Source of the DNA: Bacillota bacterium
Lineage (GTDB): Bacteria; Bacillota_I; Bacilli_A; RF39; UBA660
Reading direction: 5' to 3'
Assembly: GCA_015059495.1 (NCBI GenBank)
Contig: SVAI01000001.1
Coordinates: forward strand, 1,154,207 to 1,218,206
Length of the DNA stretch: 64,000 nucleotides
The stretch's first letter is position 1. Every line of letters starts with the position of its first letter. The translations under genes and the position numbers were made by a program. Positions 29,579 to 37,400 of this stretch are shown piece after piece. The notes under the pieces are model-generated. The model ran no database searches and was not told the origin of the DNA. It saw only the letters and a program-made list of their open reading frames with translations.

Positions 29579-30688
29579 ATGAATGAATTAAAAGTATTAG
29601 ATTTATACCAAAATACACCTAAAGATAGATTAGAAAATTTCACTAATAATACTAGAGCTGAACTTAATATAAGCACAAATGTTAATAGAGTTGAAACAGA
29701 CTTCGAATGGTTAGAAATAATGGAAGATACAATAAGATATTTAGATAATATCTTAAGAAATCCTAATAGATTTATCGTTAATGAAGATGAAATAGTTAAA
29801 GTTGAACTTGCACGTCGTATTACAGTAGAATCTATTCGTCATTTATCTAAACATACTAACTTTATTCAAAAGATTGAAGATAATGGTGATGTTAAACCAT
29901 CTAAAATATTAAATATTAATAAAGAAGAAAGTTACGATACATATGAAAATAGACTTATCTATACATTAATAGATAATATGCGTAACTTTCTTGAAATAAA
30001 AAAGAAGAGTTTAATAACTTCTTCTTCTGTTAAAGATGTTAAGAAAGCTAGCTATAGTGCTAGAACAAAAGTGGGAAATGAAAACGTTTTTGTAGAGATG
30101 AGTTATTCATCAAGCTTAAACGAAAAAGTAGGCCCACAAGGTGAAGATTCACTAGAAAATAGAATTAAAAGATTAGATGATGATATAACTATGCTATCTA
30201 ATACAGATGTTATTAAAGCATTAAAAAAGGCTCACGTAGCAAGAGTTATACCACCAATAAAAAAGACTAATGTTATTTTAAAAAATACTAACTTTCAATA
30301 TGCAATGAAACTATGGGATTTCTTACAAAATCACGTAGCTAATGATGATAAAGTTATTAAGAGTAATAAGTCTTATGAAGAAAATGGTATATTAAAAGAT
30401 TATATGAATTCAACATTCTTACTTAATTATTTAGCAATGAATACCTTAAGCGATACATCACAAGGTAAAGCTGCAACTAAACAAGCAGTAGATGAAATTA
30501 CTGATAAATTAGTACAAAGAATTGTTGAATTAAACGTAGATATGCCTATGTCGGAATTAAAAGAAAGAATAGGAGATAAGATTGCTATAACAAGATATAA
30601 GACTGAAGCGTCTTTATCTGAAGTTAGCAATACATTCTCTAAACACATTAAAACTTATTTAGAAAAAATAGAAAATATAGAATTGTAG
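29579..30688 (+). CDS. McrC N-terminal / DUF2357-like protein lacking a recognisable nuclease domain
   Basis: EESYDTYENRLIYTLIDNM parallels E. coli McrC NEDTLANRIIKSTLAIL, and NTNFQYAMKLWDFL parallels NTRYYKFVISVCKFI. No D...(D/E)xK block follows. Gene lies 3 nt after the McrB-like gene. Confidence 0.55.
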   Translation: MNELKVLDLYQNTPKDRLENFTNNTRAELNISTNVNRVETDFEWLEIMEDTIRYLDNILRNPNRFIVNEDEIVKVELARRITVESIRHLSKHTNFIQKIEDNGDVKPSKILNINKEESYDTYENRLIYTLIDNMRNFLEIKKKSLITSSSVKDVKKASYSARTKVGNENVFVEMSYSSSLNEKVGPQGEDSLENRIKRLDDDITMLSNTDVIKALKKAHVARVIPPIKKTNVILKNTNFQYAMKLWDFLQNHVANDDKVIKSNKSYEENGILKDYMNSTFLLNYLAMNTLSDTSQGKAATKQAVDEITDKLVQRIVELNVDMPMSELKERIGDKIAITRYKTEASLSEVSNTFSKHIKTYLEKIENIEL

Positions 30689-30696
30689 GTATCAAC

Positions 30697-31233
30697 ATGA
30701 AGGTAATATGGAAAATTTTTAAAGGAATACTAATCGCATGCTTAGTAATTATGTTAATATTTGTTATATTTCAAAAAGTAACAGATTCAAAATTAGCAAT
30801 AGGTAATATATATGTATTCCAAGTAGCTACTGAATCAATGACTCCAGAATATCAAGTTGGAGACATAATTGTTGTTAAAAAAGCTGATGCTTCAAAAATA
30901 GAAGTAGGCGATGATGTAACATATTTAGGAAAGAAAAGCGACCTTAAAAATAAAAAAATAACTCACCGAGTTATAACTAAGAACAAAAAAGAAGATAAAT
31001 ATTATTTTGTAACTCAAGGTATTGCTAATGAAAATGCAGACCCTGAAATAAGTGAAGATGATATTTATGGAAAGGTTGCTTATCATGCAATTATTCTAAG
31101 TTTTATTGGTAGAATTATGATGAATCCTATAGCATATTATGTAATATTTATTTTAGTAGCAGCAAGTTTTTCATATGAAACAATTACATCATTTCTTGTT
31201 AAAAAGGATGATATAGATGAAGAAGAAAAGTAA
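30697..31233 (+). CDS. sipW: signal peptidase I, SipW type (Ser and His boxes intact, Asp box variant)
   Basis: ATESMTPE and ITHRVI boxes. The GDxN box reads GIANEN. N- and C-terminal TM helices. Confidence 0.8.
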   Translation: MKVIWKIFKGILIACLVIMLIFVIFQKVTDSKLAIGNIYVFQVATESMTPEYQVGDIIVVKKADASKIEVGDDVTYLGKKSDLKNKKITHRVITKNKKEDKYYFVTQGIANENADPEISEDDIYGKVAYHAIILSFIGRIMMNPIAYYVIFILVAASFSYETITSFLVKKDDIDEEEK

Positions 31234-31849
31234 GAAAAATAAAAAGAAATTACTTATCCTAAGATTAGTATTTGTATTCTTTTTAGTAGTTTCAAATACT
31301 TTTGCATGGTTTATTTATATTACAAGAGTTGATAACAGTGTTAATGTGCATGTTAAATCTTGGGATGTTACATTTCAAAGTGGTGAACATGAAATATCAA
31401 ATAATGTAGTAGTAGATATCGAAAATTTATATCCTGGTATGGCAGACTTTAATTATGAAATTAAAGCATTTAATAGATCTGAAGTATCAGCTACTTTATC
31501 TTATACTATATTAGAGGCTAGAATATTTGAAGATGAATACGTAACAGTTGAGGGTAGAGAACTTAATGGAGATGATCCGGTTGCAACAGATTTAACAAGT
31601 GCACAACTAGAAACTAAATTAAGAACTGAATACCCATTTACTATTCGTATAACATTATCTAGTGATACAATAGACAGTGAAAATGGTAATGAGTTATTTA
31701 CACTGGGTGCTGTATGGCCTTATGAAAGTGGAGATGATGAATTAGACACAGAGTGGGGAATACGTGCAGCAACTTATAAAAAACAACATCCAACATTACA
31801 AAGCATAACACTAAAAATAAGACTTGATATAACACAAAATCAGGATTAA
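31217..31849 (+). CDS. secreted protein with SipW-cognate signal peptide (…VVSNTFAWFIYITRVDNS)
   Basis: Lys-rich N-terminus, hydrophobic core and T-F-A-W-F motif. Overlaps the SipW gene by 17 nt. VWPYESGDDELD resembles the W-x-EG-x-D motif of 32675 and 33403. Confidence 0.55.
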   Translation: MKKKSKKNKKKLLILRLVFVFFLVVSNTFAWFIYITRVDNSVNVHVKSWDVTFQSGEHEISNNVVVDIENLYPGMADFNYEIKAFNRSEVSATLSYTILEARIFEDEYVTVEGRELNGDDPVATDLTSAQLETKLRTEYPFTIRITLSSDTIDSENGNELFTLGAVWPYESGDDELDTEWGIRAATYKKQHPTLQSITLKIRLDITQNQD

Positions 31850-31879
31850 AAAAGAATTATATTAATTTATAATTCTTTT
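31850..31879. terminator. bidirectional terminator between convergent TasA-like genes
   Basis: Perfect 12-bp stem AAAAGAATTATA / TATAATTCTTTT with a 6-nt loop, flanked by A-run and T-run. Confidence 0.6.
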
Positions 31880-32472
31880 TAATTTGCTCTTTGAATAAAG
31901 TTGATATTAACGTTTAAACTTGTTGTTTCGTCTTTAGAAGCAGCTGTATCAGCATCATTATCCATTGTTTCACCAGTTCCATCAATCCATTGAACAAAGA
32001 ATCTAAATGTATCTTGAGAAGTGGCAGAACCTAGTAAATGAGTTAAAGATATTTCATCACCAGCATCAATAGATACTAATGGACCTCCATTTAAAGTATA
32101 TCCAGTTAATACTAAATCAGTTACAGAACTATCATCTGGGTAACTAACACTAACAGTTTCATCAAAAGATACTCCAACTTCACTATAATCAACAATTACA
32201 TCAAAGTGGCCAGTACTAGTAGGTGCGATAAAACCTTCTTTAATATTTGAATTAGTATCTATAACAGGAACAATAGTACTTGAAAAATCACTTTCAGCTA
32301 ATACATCTTGATCATTAACTTTAAAAGTCCATTGAGCAATAGTAAAGTTAGAACTAGCAGAGGCACTAGATATATATTTAGCATATGATTCTTGAATAGT
32401 GTTAGTTAAAACTAATAAAGATATCATAGCAAGTAAAAGTTTAAACTTTGCAGTCTTTAAACAATTCAACAT
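31879..32472 (-). CDS. secreted protein with SipW-type signal (…IQESYAKYISSASASSNFTIAQWTFKVN), paralogue of 24162-24716
   Basis: AGGAGG RBS 7 nt before the ATG. Signal peptide plus A-K-Y motif. Shares FIAPTS and the C-terminal beta-strand pattern with 24162. Confidence 0.6.
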   Translation of the reverse strand: MLNCLKTAKFKLLLAMISLLVLTNTIQESYAKYISSASASSNFTIAQWTFKVNDQDVLAESDFSSTIVPVIDTNSNIKEGFIAPTSTGHFDVIVDYSEVGVSFDETVSVSYPDDSSVTDLVLTGYTLNGGPLVSIDAGDEISLTHLLGSATSQDTFRFFVQWIDGTGETMDNDADTAASKDETTSLNVNINFIQRAN

Positions 32473-32674
32473 ATTAAGGCCTCCTTTACTATTATCATTG
32501 TACCAAAAAAGTGTATACTTTTCGACAAATTTACATCAAATATTTGTCAAATTTACGTGAATTTTACACAATAAAAATCGTAACAATTTTCGACAATTTT
32601 TATTGATTTTGTGGTATAAAGATGGTATATTATATGTATGGTATGACGATATATCATGATTATGGTGGAATGTT
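32473..32674. promoter_or_regulatory. divergent promoter region with repeated TTTTCGACAA boxes (two exact Spo0A-box heptamers plus one near-match)
   Basis: TTCGACA at 32521-32527 and 32589-32595 (TGTCGAA on the minus strand); TGTCAAA at 32545-32551. Candidate promoters: minus TGgTACAAT (rc of 32497-32505); plus TTGATT(32603)-17-TGgTATATT(32623-32631). Confidence 0.45.
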
Positions 32675-33397
32675 ATGGCAAAAGAGGTAATAGTAAGTGC
32701 CAAAAAGGTACGTAAACGAAAAATTTTAAACAGGGCAGTTAGACTTGCATTACTTGGTTTGTTACTATTCTTGCTAATACTTTATATCATATTAGCAATA
32801 ATTTATAACGAAGGTAAATTCACCGTAATATTAGACTCTAATAAAACTCTACAGAGTGGTATAGCAATATACGACAATATTAACGACACTATTGGTAAGA
32901 GAAAATTAGAAGCCGAATCCATAAGATTTATGGATAATATCTCATTTAAATGGTTACCAGAATACATCGATGCAGATGAATTATATGGTCCACATAATGG
33001 AGATAACTACATAGCTTATACATTCTTTGTAGAAAATCAAAATACTGAAGTATTAAATTATTGGTATGAAGTAGTAGTTGATGATGTTATCAAGAATGTA
33101 GATGAAGCAATAAGAATTAGGATATATCGTAATGGAGAATCCACAACATACGCAAAGAAGAGCAACTTAGATGATACTCCAGAACAAGGAACGACACCAT
33201 TTAGAAACATTAAAGATGCTGAAAGTTCTATCATACTAGAAGAAGTTGACAATTTTCAACCTGGACAAAGAGATCGTATAACTGTAGTCGTATGGCTTGA
33301 AGGAGACGATCCAGACTGTACAGACCCACTAATAGGTGGAGAACTTAAAATGCATATGGTTATAACTGAAAATCATACAGAACCAAAAGAGGAGTGA
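32675..33397 (+). CDS. membrane-anchored protein sharing a C-terminal W-x-EG-x-D-x-DC domain with the adjacent TasA-like subunit
   Basis: Basic cytoplasmic N-terminus, one TM (LALLGLLLFLLILYIILAIIY) and no TasA-type cleavage motif. VVVWLEGDDPDCTDPLIGGELKMHMVI parallels RIYMWIEGQDIDCENNATGSDIEFNLQL in 33403. Confidence 0.55.
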   Translation: MAKEVIVSAKKVRKRKILNRAVRLALLGLLLFLLILYIILAIIYNEGKFTVILDSNKTLQSGIAIYDNINDTIGKRKLEAESIRFMDNISFKWLPEYIDADELYGPHNGDNYIAYTFFVENQNTEVLNYWYEVVVDDVIKNVDEAIRIRIYRNGESTTYAKKSNLDDTPEQGTTPFRNIKDAESSIILEEVDNFQPGQRDRITVVVWLEGDDPDCTDPLIGGELKMHMVITENHTEPKEE

Positions 33398-33402
33398 AAA
33401 AC

Positions 33403-34383
33403 ATGGCTAAAAGAAAATCAAATAAAAAGAAAGTGACTAGTTTAATACTACTTTTATTACTAAGTATTGTAATGCTTGGTACTACAACTTATGCATGGTT
33501 TACTGCAAACCAAGTAGTAACAATCAATTCAATCAATGTTAAGGTAGAAGCTAGTAACGGTTTACAAATTTCAACAAATGCAGCACAATGGAAATCAGTA
33601 ATTACAAACTCGGATATCCTAGCAGGATATACTGGTAGTGTTAACCAATTTCCAATTTATGTAACAAACGTATCTACAGATAGTACTGTAGATCAAACTG
33701 CTGGTAGATTAAATATGTATAGAGCTGTAGTAGGTAACGATGCTACTACCGGTGATTATAATATTTATACTGCAAAAGAAACTGATACTGCAGGAAGTAC
33801 AGGAAATTATGTTGCATTCGATATATTCTTAAGAGTTGATAAAACACAAACAATTTACTTAACATCAGATTCTGATGTAGTAGCTAAAGAAGGAACTGAA
33901 GATAGAGGACTTAAAAATGCAGCTCGTATTGCATTCGTAACATTAGGTCACGGTGAATCTACAGATTCTGTATCATCATTAACAGGTTTAAGAAACAATG
34001 TATCTGCTAAAGCACTTATTTGGGAACCAAATGCAGATGCTCATACACAAATGGTATCTGACACAGTTGCTCCAGAATATAATGTAACATTAGTAGCAGG
34101 AGCTAACACTCCATACTATGGCGTAAATAAAGCAATTTCTACACCAGTAAATTTAAAGGAATTAGTTAATGGAACTAACGGTACTGATGCTACATTAGTA
34201 AATCCTGGAATTGTAACAAAAGAATCAAATGCAGTATATAAAGAAGCATTTGACTTAGCTGCTGGAGTTACAAAAATGAGAATTTATATGTGGATTGAAG
34301 GACAAGATATCGACTGCGAAAACAATGCTACAGGATCTGATATTGAATTCAATTTACAATTAAGTACAGAGTCAGGAGACTAG
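33403..34383 (+). CDS. secreted TasA/camelysin-class protein, candidate major fibre subunit
   Basis: Signal KKKVTSLILLLLLSIVMLGTTTYAWFTANQ (T-Y-A-W-F-T). Thr/Ser/Asn/Gly-rich beta protein. AGAGGAG RBS before ATG 33403. Followed by a strong terminator. Confidence 0.6.
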   Translation: MAKRKSNKKKVTSLILLLLLSIVMLGTTTYAWFTANQVVTINSINVKVEASNGLQISTNAAQWKSVITNSDILAGYTGSVNQFPIYVTNVSTDSTVDQTAGRLNMYRAVVGNDATTGDYNIYTAKETDTAGSTGNYVAFDIFLRVDKTQTIYLTSDSDVVAKEGTEDRGLKNAARIAFVTLGHGESTDSVSSLTGLRNNVSAKALIWEPNADAHTQMVSDTVAPEYNVTLVAGANTPYYGVNKAISTPVNLKELVNGTNGTDATLVNPGIVTKESNAVYKEAFDLAAGVTKMRIYMWIEGQDIDCENNATGSDIEFNLQLSTESGD

Positions 34384-34400
34384 GCATAAAATTAATAATT

Positions 34401-34427
34401 AAAATGAGAAGAAATTCTCATTTTTTT
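34401..34427 (+). terminator. rho-independent terminator/attenuator between the subunit gene and the giant gene
   Basis: AAAATGAGAA-GAAA-TTCTCATTTT followed by TTT. Confidence 0.7.
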
Positions 34428-34448
34428 AATGTAAAAATAGGGGTTTTA

Positions 34449-34457
34449 TGGTAAAAT
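34449..34457 (+). promoter_or_regulatory. extended -10 element TGgTAAAAT upstream of the giant gene
   Basis: TGGTAAAAT lies 21 nt before ATG 34478 with an AGGAG RBS between. AT-rich context, so specificity is low. Confidence 0.3.
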
Positions 34458-34477
34458 GATTATAGGAGAATAGGAGT

Positions 34478-37400
34478 ATGCAAGCACGAACTAATATATC
34501 TAAAAATAAATTAGTTTTAATCATGCTAATAACAGCACTAGCTGTTATTTTGTCGTGGGTTGCTATTAAAGTATTTACTGCATCGGTTGAAGATTCTTCA
34601 TGGAATGGAGTAGTTGCTACATCCTTTAAAAGTGGAACAGGTAGTACTTCCAACCCATATGTAATTTCTTCATCTGCAGAATTTGCATACTTCAAACAAT
34701 TAATGGAAGGTAATAGTGCTACACTATATGCTTCTAAAAATTATGAAATAACAATCGGACTTAATTATGGTGATCATGATATTTCAATTAATAACACAAT
34801 TCCTTTTAGTGGAACAATAGATGGTAAAGGTAATACAATCTATAATGCTAATATAACTAATGGATTATTTAATGAATTATCTAATGCTACTATTAAAAAT
34901 TTAGCATTTAATAATACTGATTATACTTTAGATGATGAACAAGGTGGTTTCTTAGCAGACTCTATTACATCATCTACAATTGAAATGGTTGTAATAGATT
35001 CTAAAATAGTAAAAGGAAATGACGAATATATTGTAAGTGGTATTACTAATTCATCTACTTCATCAACATATAACAAGGTAGTTGTATATAATAAATATCA
35101 AGGAACTTATGGTACTAATACAACATACAATATTGCGCACTTATCAAATAGTGATTCATATACTAATGTCTTAACTAACCAAAATGGATTTAATAACTTT
35201 AGTAATGCTAATCACGAAATAAAAAGATTTACTGTTAGCAACAATAACACACTAACTTATAGTCAAATGGCTGACTTTAGTGATACTGATTATGAAATAG
35301 TAATTAACAGTACTCAATTTGTATTAAGAGAAAAAGTTCAACAAGCAACTAATCCTACATCAGCAGAACATGCAACTGGAAGAGAAGGTAATACAATTTA
35401 TTTAAATAATTTAGATGCTGATTTTGGTTTCTATTCGGGTTTAAATTATACTTACTCAAGTGATTATAAATTACCAACAATGGTAAGTAAAAATATTTAT
35501 ACAGATACAACTTTAGTTAAAGCAACAATTACTTATTCTGGTATTGAAACAAATAGTAATCAAACATTAACTGGTACTATTTCTTCAACAGAAAACTATA
35601 ACAAAATAGTTTATTATGATTATCTACCAGTAGAAAACAATAAAGTTAAAATTACTTTAATAGATAATCCATTTACAAATAGACCTAATGGTAAAGGATT
35701 TAACAACTGGATAAGTGATACCGTTGGAGTAACACTTTCATATGACTTAGTTAGATATGAAAGATTTGCAGAAATAGCTTTAACAAGAAATGCACAAGGT
35801 ACATATGATCCTATCACATTAGACTTCCATGCAAGTTGGGTTGATGCAACTGAATATGGTTTAACTGGTAATAACTGGACAAACGCATTTAACACTTTCA
35901 AATCAAAAGGTTTAGAACAAATTGAAGTATCAAGAGAAGAATGTGGACCAGTAATGGATCAATATTATAGATATGCAGTAGCAGCAAGATATTCATACTA
36001 TACTGGTTATTATCAAAGTGGTAATTCATGGTACAACGCAAATAATAGATATTGTAATACCAGAAATGGATGTCCATACTATTATGATGTTCCTGAAGGT
36101 GAAATATATCAACCTGGAACAACATATTACTATTTTCAAAATAATGCATTCCATCAATTAGATACAACTGGATATCAAGTAACTTGTGAAACAATACAAC
36201 TTGTTAATTCAAACTTTATAACAGCTGGATATTATACAGAAAAGACATTTAGTAGAAATCAATCAATAAATGGTTATTATAATGCAAATGGTGAACCTGT
36301 ATCTGGAACATGTACATCATCAAGTTGTACATATTATGAATTTATTCAATCATATACAAGTAATGGTCAAAGACCTCTAGTAGACTTTTCAAAGAAATAT
36401 TATTACTTAGTTACTAGAGATACTAACATAGCTTATCTAACTGGAGATATTACAAACTATTGGAGTAGTTCACAAAATAAACCATTTACTTTGACTGGTC
36501 TACATAATGGTACTCAAACATCATATGACTGGACAGTAACAAATAATGTTATAACATTACAAAATGATACAACAATAGAGCACTTAACAATTTATAACAA
36601 TAAAAGCTTTAATACTTTAGACCCACAGCCAAGTGTATCAAGTGGTGGATGGTGGTCTTCTACAACATACTATTCAGCAATAAATGCAAACTGGCATAAT
36701 TTAAAAGTGGGTAGAGGATTAAAACAATATAGTACTAATAATCCAACATTCGATTATATCTGGGGTGGATCAAGTGCAGTAAGTAGTAGTTCATCATCAG
36801 GTTACTACAACATGATTATTGAATCTGGTCACTATGATTCAATGGCGTATACTTTGCCATATAATAATGGTTCAACAATATATGTAGATAATAAAACAGT
36901 GTTAGGCTGTGATGTTGATAAAGTACTAGATACTAACAACAATAACTTATCAGTATACTATGAAGCTGCTGCATCATTTTCTGGAACAATATATCCTAAA
37001 GTAGAAATAGCAACAGACCTAACAGTTAAGAGTGGTAAGTTTGGTACATCAAAAGAGGACATGTATACAGGTATCTATGTTGGTGGATTAACAAGTGGTA
37101 CAAACTATGCTGCAAGAAAAATAAAAGTTGAAGGTGGATACATCTATAACTTAATCGGTGGACCTTTAACACACGAAAATAGAAAACAATATAATGACTC
37201 TTATATTTATATGACTGGTGGAGAAGTCGATATTATTATCGGTGGTGCCGGTAGATCTCCAACATATGGTAATCGTATAATTCAAGTTACTGGTGGTAAA
37301 GTTAACTATGGTGTCTTAGGCGGATCTAATGGATCTGGTTCAGATACCCAAGATGGAGACGGAGTTGTTAATGGTTCATCTTACCTATATATAGGTGGTA

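Noticed and set aside
28052-30688. Annotating the pair as a conventional McrBC modification-dependent restriction system
   Set aside because: The McrB-like protein has a TM helix and coiled coil where the DNA-reading domain should be. The McrC-like protein has no PD-(D/E)xK block, so DNA restriction cannot be asserted.
24860-33252. Minus-strand ORFs 24860-25066, 25490-25807, 26693-26875, 29464-29676, 30427-30648 and 33058-33252
   Set aside because: All are short antisense frames inside longer plus-strand genes that have RBSs and recognisable motifs. None has an RBS or motif.
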